The translations under genes and the position numbers were made by a program. From Candidatus Woesearchaeota archaeon (lineage in GTDB: Archaea > Nanobdellota > Nanobdellia > UBA10117), in assembly GCA_023245115.1 (NCBI GenBank), contig JAHFKX010000004.1, positions 1 through 10,845 of the forward strand: a DNA stretch of 10,845 bases. Direction: 5' to 3'. The notes beneath the pieces are model-generated. The model worked only from the letters and a program-made list of their open reading frames with translations. It made no database searches and was not told the DNA's origin. This document shows, piece after piece, positions 1-7,139 of this stretch; within the stretch, counting starts at the first letter, position 1; the number at the start of each line of letters is the position of its first letter.

Positions 1-722
1 TCATATTTAAAAAAATTCTTGCGAATTTCGCCCAAGAATAATTTATGGAGCGTTGCAAGAACATATTTTATAAGATTTTTCAGCCGGCCTTCCATTTCTG
101 CCCGCCTGACAGAAACAAATACAGATCTGCGCATCACCCTGAATTTTCCAAATTTCGAGGCTCGGCCAACATAATCAAAATCTTCGGCAAGCGTAATAGT
201 CTCGTCAAATCCATTTATTTTTTTGTGCAGTGTTTTTTTACAAAAAATACACACGCCAACCGCTCCGGGATAAATATATTGTGAAACACCTATGACCGTG
301 TTAAAAAATATCTGCCATACTAAGCGATCCCAGGCGCGCTTCCTGCCGAACAGGCCGAACTCACCCTCGAGCGGCCGCATATAAACACTGGCGGCTTCGA
401 GTGCCCGCTGCTTGAATTCGCGGAGTGCGTACTCAAGAAAATAATTTTTTAAAATAACGTCTGCGTCAAGAAATAATAAAACGTCAGAGCTTGCCAGTTT
501 TGCCCCAAAATTTCGCGCATTGGCAACGCCTTTTCCAAGTTGACGTGTCATAATTAGTTTCATTTTATGCGAAAATGAATTAACAACAGCCATAGTTTCG
601 TCGTCAGAATGGGCGTCTACAACTATCACTTCAAAATTTTTATACGTCTGCTCAGAAAGTGATTGCAGAAGCTTGCCCACATATTTAGATTCGTTATATG
701 TTGGTATTATGATTGACAGCAT
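1..722 (-). CDS. Family 2 (GT-A fold) glycosyltransferase, C-terminus cut by the window edge
   Basis: My own translation of the minus strand from ATG at 722. The frame stays open to position 1, so it is absent from the ORF track (no stop inside the window). N-terminus is MLSIIIPTYNESKYVGKLLQSLSEQTYKNFEVIVVDAHSDDET... The IIPTYNE start and the DxD motif (LLFLDADVIL) are typical of GT2 enzymes. Confidence 0.8.
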   Translation of the reverse strand, partial: MLSIIIPTYNESKYVGKLLQSLSEQTYKNFEVIVVDAHSDDETMAVVNSFSHKMKLIMTRQLGKGVANARNFGAKLASSDVLLFLDADVILKNYFLEYALREFKQRALEAASVYMRPLEGEFGLFGRKRAWDRLVWQIFFNTVIGVSQYIYPGAVGVCIFCKKTLHKKINGFDETITLAEDFDYVGRASKFGKFRVMRRSVFVSVRRAEMEGRLKNLIKYVLATLHKLFLGEIRKNFFKY

Positions 723-742
723 GATGTTTTTATATAAATTAG

Positions 743-751
743 GTTAAAAAT
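743..751 (-). promoter_or_regulatory. Candidate TATA box (minus strand CATTTTTAAC) for the glycosyltransferase gene
   Basis: A/T-rich octamer 20-21 nt upstream of ATG 722, the same spacing as the other promoters in this window. Confidence 0.35.
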
Positions 752-777
752 GTTAATGGAACTCAAGCATACGGAAT

Positions 778-2349
778 TTACAGTGCCTTCGTAACGTACA
801 CACTCTCGTCTTCGTAGCTTAGCTTTCTGTAATACGCTTTCACACCAACGCCGGATAATATTTTTATGGATTTATATTTATTTTCCTTTGTAATTCTTTC
901 TGCCTCAGCAAGAAGTTTTTTTCCGTAGCCACGGTGTTGTGCGGCTAAAATATTATCGCCTGCCTCATTGCCAATCGCAACAGCTTCTCCGTAAACGTGT
1001 AGTTCCCTGACAAAAGCACCCTTTGCGCACAAACGCAGGCGCAAAAAGCCCAGCAGAATGTCCTGTTCTTTATCTTCGAAAGACAAAAATATTTCTTTCC
1101 CGCCACTTGCATCATAATCTTGCCTGCAAAGTGTGACAGCTTGCGGCAGTATGTGAAACTCATTCCACCTGTGGCCAACTTCTCGGCATCTGATACATCT
1201 GCATCTTATGTTGTTGCTCTTCAAATAATTTTGCACCATTTGGCGCAGATTTGTTGATTTGTAACCCGCTTCAACAAAGTTGCTAGGTATGTCACGCATT
1301 ATTCGTTTGATGCGAACGTACGGTGGAATGTGTTTTGTTTTTATGTCTGCCAGAACCTCAGCAATATATTCGTCATTTATGGGCTGGTATTCACCGTTAA
1401 TCCACTGCGTATAGAGTTCTGAGCCTTTGATAACGCCGCATGGATAAATTTTCAGGCCATCAGGTCTGAGATCTTCATCTTCAAAAATGATGCGAAACAT
1501 TTCTTTATCAAGTTCTTTGGAAGAGCCAGGCAGGCCAAGCATCATATGCAGGTCTACTTTAAATCCGGCGTCCTTCAACTCACGTATTGCGCGCTTCGCT
1601 TCTGATAAATTATGGCCACGCTTTATTTTTTCAAGAACGAATTCATAAATAGATTGCAGGCCAAGCTCGACGCGCGTAGCACCAAGCGTTAGCATGCGTT
1701 CAATGTGCTCTGTTTTACACCAGTCAGGCCGTGTTTCAATTATCAAGCTAATGACGCGGTTCTGCGCAGTTTCATTTAGTTTATGCGATTCAGCAATATT
1801 TTTTGTTGTGTGTTTCTTGCATGGTACATCCTTAGTGCAGCAGCCAAACTGGTTGAATGCATCAAAAATATTTTTTATGAAGTCGTATTGATAATCAAAA
1901 GGCAGCCACGTGAACGTCCCGCCTTGTACTATTACCTCATTTTTGTCAGTGTTATGCCCTACGTTGTGCAGCTGTGCCAGCCTATTCTGTACAATTTTAT
2001 ATTCGTCATAATTATTTCTGATTGCGCGCATTGTACTTGGTTCATGTCCGGTGTATGATTTAGGCGCATTCACAGCAGTCGGGCAGTAGGTACAGCGCCC
2101 AACGCAGCCGGCTGGCTTTGTCATGACAGCTATTGTGGAAACGCCGGAGATTGTTCTAGTCGGTTTTGTAATAAGCATTTGTTTTAATCGTGCCACGCGC
2201 CGGCCAGAGAAATTATTTAGGCCTTTTAGGATATCCGAGCTCAGTGGAATCTTCCCTTTGTTCTTTTCTGCCCAGCGTATTTTGGCTAGCTCTATTGAGC
2301 CCTTGTCCAGTTTTGGCAGGCCAAGCAGTACGTCAATTAGGTTTTGCAT
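778..2349 (-). CDS. elp3: Elp3-type radical SAM / GNAT acetyltransferase (tRNA wobble-uridine modification enzyme, Elongator subunit 3 homologue)
   Basis: 523 aa. Radical-SAM cysteine triad C-x4-C-x2-C (AGCVGRCTYCP). Elp3-typical CRCIRCRE cysteine motif. C-terminal GNAT motif A (QHRGYGKKLLAEAE). The length and domain order are characteristic of archaeal Elp3. Confidence 0.92.
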   Translation of the reverse strand: MQNLIDVLLGLPKLDKGSIELAKIRWAEKNKGKIPLSSDILKGLNNFSGRRVARLKQMLITKPTRTISGVSTIAVMTKPAGCVGRCTYCPTAVNAPKSYTGHEPSTMRAIRNNYDEYKIVQNRLAQLHNVGHNTDKNEVIVQGGTFTWLPFDYQYDFIKNIFDAFNQFGCCTKDVPCKKHTTKNIAESHKLNETAQNRVISLIIETRPDWCKTEHIERMLTLGATRVELGLQSIYEFVLEKIKRGHNLSEAKRAIRELKDAGFKVDLHMMLGLPGSSKELDKEMFRIIFEDEDLRPDGLKIYPCGVIKGSELYTQWINGEYQPINDEYIAEVLADIKTKHIPPYVRIKRIMRDIPSNFVEAGYKSTNLRQMVQNYLKSNNIRCRCIRCREVGHRWNEFHILPQAVTLCRQDYDASGGKEIFLSFEDKEQDILLGFLRLRLCAKGAFVRELHVYGEAVAIGNEAGDNILAAQHRGYGKKLLAEAERITKENKYKSIKILSGVGVKAYYRKLSYEDESVYVTKAL

Positions 2350-2370
2350 GAATTAATGCAATAGAAAATG

Positions 2371-2378
2371 TTTATAAA
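2371..2378. promoter_or_regulatory. Palindromic TATA box TTTATAAA shared by divergent elp3 and sppA
   Basis: It sits exactly in the middle of the 50-nt intergenic region, 21 nt from ATG 2349(-) and 21 nt from ATG 2400(+). Both flanks are A-rich and BRE-like (AGAAAATG on the left, TCTTTAAT on the right). Confidence 0.5.
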
Positions 2379-2399
2379 TCTTTAATTTGAGCAAATAGG

Positions 2400-3293
2400 A
2401 TGGCCACTAAGAACAAACCATCTGTTTTGCCAGCACTTCTTATCACGGCGCTTATTTTGATAGCGGTTATTTATGTTGGCGTTAAGCTTTCTCAGGAAGA
2501 AAAAGTTCTCGCGCCAACTATGGCAGTTATAACGCTGGACAGCAGCATTGATTCAAATGTTGCGAAGGACATGGTGAAACTGCTGAGAAAGGCAGACAAA
2601 GACAATGATGTAAAAGCAATAATTATCGAGATAAATTCACCCGGAGGAACAGTAGTAGCATCAAAAGAAATTGCAACTGCAGTTAAGCAGACCAGCAAGC
2701 CGACAGTTGCGTGGATTCGCGAAGTTGGCGCATCAGGTGCGTACTGGATAGCTTCAGCCTCAAATAAAATTGTTGCTGATGAAGCTTCTATAACTGGCTC
2801 AATTGGCGTTACCGGTTCTTATTTAGAATACTCAAAATTATTTGACAAATATGGAGTGACATACAACAGCCTGACGTCTGGCAAGTACAAGGACACTGGC
2901 TCGCCGTACAAGGAACTTTCTGACAGCGATAGGTCATATTTACTCAGCCTGATTAATGCGCTGAAAGTACAGTTCGTCCAGGCAGTTGCCGAAAACAGGC
3001 ATCTTACTTTCGATCAGGTAAATAATCTTGCAACTGGGCAAGTCATGCTCGGGGCTGACGCGCAGAAATTTAAGCTCATAGATACGCTCGGTGGCAAGAA
3101 AGAAGCCCAGCAGGTTGCAGAAAAGCTGGCTGGCCTCAAGAGCTCAAGGCTAGTGCAATATGAGCAGTCACAGAGCATTTTCGGTTCTTTAAGTTCTGAA
3201 GCACAGTCACTTGCCTACTGGGCAGGCCGCGGCATTGGAGATTCAGTAAAGCCGCAGGCAGATTCTGAATTAAAATTAGTCGCAGAGATTTAG
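2400..3293 (+). CDS. sppA: Signal peptide peptidase SppA, 36K type (peptidase family S49)
   Basis: 297 aa with an N-terminal TM helix (PSVLPALLITALILIAVIYVGV). S49 motifs present: IIIEINSPGG, GASGAYWIASA (nucleophile Ser context), TGSIGV and GKYKD (general-base Lys context). Confidence 0.88.
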   Translation: MATKNKPSVLPALLITALILIAVIYVGVKLSQEEKVLAPTMAVITLDSSIDSNVAKDMVKLLRKADKDNDVKAIIIEINSPGGTVVASKEIATAVKQTSKPTVAWIREVGASGAYWIASASNKIVADEASITGSIGVTGSYLEYSKLFDKYGVTYNSLTSGKYKDTGSPYKELSDSDRSYLLSLINALKVQFVQAVAENRHLTFDQVNNLATGQVMLGADAQKFKLIDTLGGKKEAQQVAEKLAGLKSSRLVQYEQSQSIFGSLSSEAQSLAYWAGRGIGDSVKPQADSELKLVAEI

Positions 3294-3317
3294 TCAGTTA
3301 GCTGATACTTATCGTGC

Positions 3318-3330
3318 AAAGGTTTTTAAA
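3318..3330 (+). promoter_or_regulatory. BRE/TATA-like promoter core AAAGGTTTTTAAA
   Basis: The 11-mer AAAGGTTTTTA is identical to those at 5222 and 9130. TATA octamer 3323-3330 lies 22 nt upstream of ATG 3353. Confidence 0.45.
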
Positions 3331-3352
3331 ATCGATAACTTTGTTGTTAATT

Positions 3353-3784
3353 ATGAATGCGTCTAAAGCAATATATGTGGTATGCGGCGATAATAATAAA
3401 ACCAGAGTGTTAGCCCGGCGCAAACAACATATCGAGGGCAGGCGTCCGCGAGTGGCAAAATATTACGTGTTAATTGATGCTGCCTGTTTAGTTGGCTGCC
3501 CGCACTTTAGCACAGTAGTAGATGATCGCATACGCTGCAGATACGGTGGATGGTATGATAAAAAGCAAATGTACGCTGCCTCAGAATTAGATTTTATACT
3601 TGTTGAACAAGTAACACCCGCGCAAAAAGAAGCGGCTGCGAGGATCCGCGTAAAAGGGTTAGACCTTCAGCAAAAATTGAGAGATGAAAATGGGGCGTCA
3701 CTTCTCAAAGAAGAAGGTGCTGCAGATGTTTTAAAACGCATGAGAGAAATTGAAGAAAAGAAAGGTTTTGTTAGGTCACAGTAA
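3353..3784 (+). CDS. Hypothetical protein (143 aa from ATG 3353; track start 3314 is a GTG inside the promoter)
   Basis: Long ORF. The start is chosen from the TATA-to-ATG spacing. Sequence begins MNASKAIYVVCGDNNK..., has a Cys/His cluster (CLVGCPH...C) and a charged helical C-terminus. I recognise no family. Confidence 0.6.
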   Translation: MNASKAIYVVCGDNNKTRVLARRKQHIEGRRPRVAKYYVLIDAACLVGCPHFSTVVDDRIRCRYGGWYDKKQMYAASELDFILVEQVTPAQKEAAARIRVKGLDLQQKLRDENGASLLKEEGAADVLKRMREIEEKKGFVRSQ

Positions 3785-3794
3785 ATTGTCAATG

Positions 3795-4349
3795 CTATTT
3801 AACATCCATAAAACTCGTCAGTGCAGGCCCCTGCGGCTGCGCCACCCTGCCAAGCTTTTCCATGGAGAGCTTCACGATTGGCATGCCGGGTTTTAGCACT
3901 ATTGGAATTTTGTTTGCGTTAAAAATTTCCAGCGTTATAAAACCAGAAAAATTTGGGTCGACAAACCCTCCGGAACAAAAAACCTGCAGGCCAAGCCGGC
4001 CAAGTGATGCGCGCGCATTTAGAATTCCCGTGTAATTGTTTGGCATCGTGATTTTTTCTTTTGTAACTCCAATTACAAACTCGCCCGGCGCGACCGCGTA
4101 AGAGCCGCCGTTCTGAACTTCAATCGTTGCGAATTTCTGCGCGGAGGTGAGCATTGTTTCCTCGTTTAACTTGAATTTTGGGTCAGCCGGATCGATAAAA
4201 GCAGAGCCAGCAGATACTAAAGTTGTAAATTTGTTTCCAAGCTTCAGCTCAACGTGCAGCTGCCGCATAGCCCCGCGATCGAACGGCTCGATTTTAAGAA
4301 CGCCACCTTTAATCAGTTCGAGAATCTCTTCGCCAAATAAGTATGCCAT
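3795..4349 (-). CDS. dcd: dCTP deaminase / dUTPase-fold enzyme (Dcd family)
   Basis: Family motifs present: GVLKIEPF, HVELKLGN, ARASLGRLGL and GFVDPNFSGFITLEIFN (catalytic Glu context). I prefer ATG 4349 (MAYLFGEEILE...) over the track's GTG 4361, because TATA TTTTTATC (4371-4378) lies 21 nt upstream of 4349. Confidence 0.85.
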   Translation of the reverse strand: MAYLFGEEILELIKGGVLKIEPFDRGAMRQLHVELKLGNKFTTLVSAGSAFIDPADPKFKLNEETMLTSAQKFATIEVQNGGSYAVAPGEFVIGVTKEKITMPNNYTGILNARASLGRLGLQVFCSGGFVDPNFSGFITLEIFNANKIPIVLKPGMPIVKLSMEKLGRVAQPQGPALTSFMDVK

Positions 4350-4370
4350 ACCTAATAGCACATAGAAAAA

Positions 4371-4378
4371 GATAAAAA
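4371..4378 (-). promoter_or_regulatory. TATA box TTTTTATC for dcd
   Basis: Located in the 35-nt gap between the RNase III stop and the dcd start, 21 nt from ATG 4349. Confidence 0.45.
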
Positions 4379-4384
4379 GCTATC

Positions 4385-5152
4385 TCATGGCCTGCTAGTG
4401 TTTGATTCAGCAGCGTTTTGTTCTAATTGTTTGAGTGCCTGTAAAATTGCGATTGTTCTTGCCGCGCTAACATATAAGCCAGAGCCTGTTGCCAGCAGCG
4501 TTTCATTCGCATAGATTCCAACTGTAGCTATCGCGCCTTTTTCTGCTGGAAGTAATTTATAATTTGGAAATTTTTTATACGTATCCCAAACCAATCGTAA
4601 CAATTTTGACTCGTTAGTATGATATGGGGCATGAATATTTTCAAGTGCCTGCCCAATATGTGATATGACATGTTTGATTACAAATTTTCTCGCGGTTTCT
4701 AAATCGCGGCCAGCGTCTAGGTATATTGCGTAGGTGACTGCTTCAAATACATCAGCAGGGAATGTTCTGCCATCTTTTTTGCTGCGATAACGTAAGACAT
4801 ATTCGCGCACGTCCAGAGAGCTGGCAATCTCTGAAAAAAATTTATTGCTTACTAAAGTATTTTGAATTTGATTAAACAGCACTACATCATCCATGGGCAT
4901 TAAGTTTACAAGTTCTTCAGTTACAATCAAACCAAGGAGCTTGTCGCCCAAAAGCTCTAACGTTTTGGCTTTAGGCATAAATTTGGCATCCACGCGCCAG
5001 TCCAGCGCCGCAAGAAGTAAATCTTTGTCTTTGAATGTGTAGCCGAGTTTTTCTTCGAGGTCTGATAGCTTTGGTGCGCTGTCCGTAGCACAGCGGCCGC
5101 AATTCCCACCAATCATTAAAGAACTATGTTCTGTGCAAAACTGCCCATCCAT
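4385..5152 (-). CDS. rnc: Ribonuclease III (bacterial-type, with a short Cys/His N-terminal extension and a degenerate dsRBD-like C-terminus)
   Basis: RNase III signature block LELLGDKLLGLIVTEEL (compare ERLEFLGD). Second catalytic block ADVFEAVTYAIYLDAG. All four acidic catalytic positions are present. The C-terminal ~90 aa have an alpha-beta-beta-beta-alpha pattern (NYKLLPAEKGAIATVGIYANETLLATGSG...AARTIAILQALKQL). Confidence 0.8.
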   Translation of the reverse strand: MDGQFCTEHSSLMIGGNCGRCATDSAPKLSDLEEKLGYTFKDKDLLLAALDWRVDAKFMPKAKTLELLGDKLLGLIVTEELVNLMPMDDVVLFNQIQNTLVSNKFFSEIASSLDVREYVLRYRSKKDGRTFPADVFEAVTYAIYLDAGRDLETARKFVIKHVISHIGQALENIHAPYHTNESKLLRLVWDTYKKFPNYKLLPAEKGAIATVGIYANETLLATGSGLYVSAARTIAILQALKQLEQNAAESNTSRP

Positions 5153-5221
5153 ACAAAATAAAAATACGATAAACTAATAAGCTTATTTGCGAGATATATT
5201 GCGCACATACGGCCGCAGCAG

Positions 5222-5234
5222 AAAGGTTTTTAAG
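5222..5234 (+). promoter_or_regulatory. BRE/TATA-like promoter core AAAGGTTTTTAAG
   Basis: Same 11-mer as at 3318 and 9130. TATA octamer 5227-5234 lies 21 nt upstream of ATG 5256. Confidence 0.4.
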
Positions 5235-5255
5235 ATTATGGGTAACGATAGCGTT

Positions 5256-6038
5256 ATGGTGCAAATAAAAACAGCGGAACAATTTTTAGAAGCACTGGAC
5301 CGCGTTGCTATTGGAAAAATGCAGGATGACGCCAGGCGCAATCACGCAAGCAATCAGCCACACGTTATGGATATAGCATACCTTGCCAAAGGTGCCGGCC
5401 TGAAGGTAGAAAAAGTAGGCCATCTAACTGCTTGGGCAATTGATTCGTCACGCGGTGCCATACAGATTCACGTAATAAAAGAACAATATCAAGGCGGAAA
5501 AGTCCCGGTTGCAATACAAAATATTCTTCTTACAGAGCTAGATGTTCGCGGCAGAAGTGCGCGTGAAGTAGCATACAGAAATTGTTTGCTCAATAATGTG
5601 CGGCTGGAAAATCCAAGCCAGCTTGAGCAATTGCTTGTCGATTCCAGTTTGGAAGTTCCAGAAATGTCAATTTGTGTTGAAGATGAGCCAGAACACTTCG
5701 GCGAATTTTTAGTACTAGATGCAGCCCACAGAATAGGAGAGCGGGTAGAAGAATATGGTGCCGCAAAATGCCTCGTCAAAAAAGAAAATTACGTAATCGG
5801 TGAGAAAGGGCGCAATTATTTCATAGTGCTGCGCACCAAAACTGCTGGCAACACACTCGCCGTGGTAGCAGATTTGAGCAAAAAAGTATTCCGCATAGAT
5901 TATGTGCACAAGAGCGGATTTGCCGGCATGAGTTTTGAGTTCGGTGAGCGACCAAAGGCCAGAGACGAAGCAGAAAAATTAGCGTCCAGTGCAATCGGAA
6001 TTCTGGAAACGTATTTAAGAAAAAATAATAAATTATAG
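5256..6038 (+). CDS. Hypothetical protein (260 aa from ATG 5256; alternative in-frame starts are ATG 5238 and TTG 5187)
   Basis: Long ORF with protein-like composition and no family I recognise. I prefer start 5256 (MVQIKTAEQF...) because the conserved promoter core overlaps 5222-5234. ATG 5238 would lie only 3 nt past the TATA box. Confidence 0.6.
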   Translation: MVQIKTAEQFLEALDRVAIGKMQDDARRNHASNQPHVMDIAYLAKGAGLKVEKVGHLTAWAIDSSRGAIQIHVIKEQYQGGKVPVAIQNILLTELDVRGRSAREVAYRNCLLNNVRLENPSQLEQLLVDSSLEVPEMSICVEDEPEHFGEFLVLDAAHRIGERVEEYGAAKCLVKKENYVIGEKGRNYFIVLRTKTAGNTLAVVADLSKKVFRIDYVHKSGFAGMSFEFGERPKARDEAEKLASSAIGILETYLRKNNKL

Positions 6039-6042
6039 ACGT

Positions 6043-6837
6043 TTATCCCTTCTTCCAGGCCATCTCGAACAACTCTTGCAGGGCTGAAGCAAAGTAAGGT
6101 GTGTTTACCCACATGCCCAAATCATAAGTTGGGTGAACGTCCTTGTCGTCCATCAGCATGAACAAGACCTGCTTGCCATCTATGATGCAAAATCTTGCGT
6201 TCATATCTTTGACGTCCTTTATTTCCGCAACACCCTGAAGTTTGTCTATGACTTCCTTCGTTTTGTCGTTGATAGGCGCGGCAATTTTTACCTTCACTCC
6301 CCTGGCCTTTGCCTTGTCCAGCAATGGCTTGAGTGCACGCACCTTTCTGATAAGGCCGTCTTCAGTTGTTACAATGGCAATTGACTTTTCTGCTTCTTTG
6401 ACAAGCATTGAGAGGTGGTCGTATAGGTTGTGCCTGCCTTTTAGCGCGCCCGAAAAGTCAGTAATCTGCATTGGCTCAATTCCCTGCTTGTAAAGCTGCT
6501 GCAACTCCTTCAGAATGTCCGAAGTGTGCAAGCCTTCGAGCCTCTTTGTTCTCTCTTCAGTGATTTCTGCAAGCCTCTTTGTGACGCGGTCCAAAACTTC
6601 AGTCGGGGCGATCGCCATGTACTTGATTGGCTTTTCGGGTTTAACAATAACAAATCCTTTCCTTTCCAGTGATTCTAAAACATCATACGTTCTTGAACGC
6701 GGTACGTCCGCTATATCCGACAACTCGCCAGCGGTAGAAACCCCGCGGGACAAAAGTGCAGTCCATAATTTTACTTCGTACAAATTTAGGCTAAACGCTC
6801 GCCTTAGCTTACTTAAAAATTCTTCATTCACGATCAT
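6043..6837 (-). CDS. TrmB-family transcriptional regulator (N-terminal winged HTH plus C-terminal TrmB-type effector domain)
   Basis: 264 aa. The N-terminus LYEVKLWTALLSRGVSTAGELSDIADVPRSRTYDVLESLERKGFV is the typical TrmB wHTH. It is followed by a coiled linker and a C-terminal domain of TrmB-like length. Confidence 0.88.
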   Translation of the reverse strand: MIVNEEFLSKLRRAFSLNLYEVKLWTALLSRGVSTAGELSDIADVPRSRTYDVLESLERKGFVIVKPEKPIKYMAIAPTEVLDRVTKRLAEITEERTKRLEGLHTSDILKELQQLYKQGIEPMQITDFSGALKGRHNLYDHLSMLVKEAEKSIAIVTTEDGLIRKVRALKPLLDKAKARGVKVKIAAPINDKTKEVIDKLQGVAEIKDVKDMNARFCIIDGKQVLFMLMDDKDVHPTYDLGMWVNTPYFASALQELFEMAWKKG

Positions 6838-6843
6838 TTTCTT

Positions 6844-6852
6844 ACCTCCACC
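6844..6852 (-). promoter_or_regulatory. Shine-Dalgarno site GGTGGAGGT for the TrmB-family gene
   Basis: The GGAGG core (plus 6845-6849) lies 7 nt upstream of ATG 6837. There is no TATA box at the 21-22 nt position used by the other genes. Confidence 0.6.
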
Positions 6853-6971
6853 TTACTCTCTGTTTGGAAATTCACAAAATTTACTTCTGCGAAGCCCCAA
6901 ATCTTTACTACCTTGGATGGTCGAACCATCAATGGCCTATTCATTTTACGAACACTACTACTTAATATATG

Positions 6972-6993
6972 TTACGGTTGTGTGTAACCATAA
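6972..6993 (-). other. Stem-loop, 8 bp with a 6-nt loop
   Basis: TTACGGTT gtgtgt AACCATAA. The single C6975-A6990 mismatch on the plus strand is a G-U wobble on the minus strand. Confidence 0.35.
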
Positions 6994-7139
6994 AGTTCCG
7001 ATTCCAGAATTGACTTTTAACAGTGTCAAAATTGAAATCGTAACTGGCGGATACACATTTTTCATTCAGGATTGTTTCTAAAACCGAAGTACTTAAATAA
7101 CTTGCTAAAATTTGTTACTGTGTAGTAATATATTTTGTA

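Noticed and set aside
45-284. 79-aa plus-strand ORF at the window start, together with the other short antisense ORFs (945-1178, 1694-2058, 2123-2356, 2492-2698, 4147-4365, 5489-6112, 6133-6493, 7631-7837, 8145-8327, 8678-8965, 9161-9373, 10554-10745)
   Set aside because: Each lies inside and antisense to, or out of frame with, a longer gene with recognisable motifs or paralogy. None has its own promoter signal.
3990-4020. The Dcd motif reads R-A-S-L-G-R, where E. coli Dcd has R-S-S-L-A-R (first Ser replaced by Ala)
   Set aside because: This rests on a by-eye alignment of a single residue. The catalytic Glu context (TLEIFN) and the rest of the family motifs are intact. That is not enough to claim altered function or to separate dCTP deaminase from a bifunctional or dUTPase activity.
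5176-5187. 12-nt palindrome AATAAGCTTATT in the rnc / hypothetical-gene divergent spacer, sharing ATAAGCTT with 10084-10091
   Set aside because: A shared 8-mer is expected many times by chance in a window of this size. The palindrome is AT-rich and overlaps a probable weak TATA element, so there is no independent support for a regulatory site.
6916-6930. GGTTCGACC on the minus strand resembling a tRNA T-arm (GTTCGA)
   Set aside because: The stem and loop geometry does not fit: it gives a 6-bp stem with a 3-nt loop, not 5 bp with a 7-nt loop. There are no acceptor, D or anticodon arms around it.
6515-7081. 188-aa plus-strand ORF
   Set aside because: It is mostly antisense to the well-supported TrmB-family gene. 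It has low-complexity, Ser/Leu-rich composition and no promoter or SD, so it is a typical shadow ORF.
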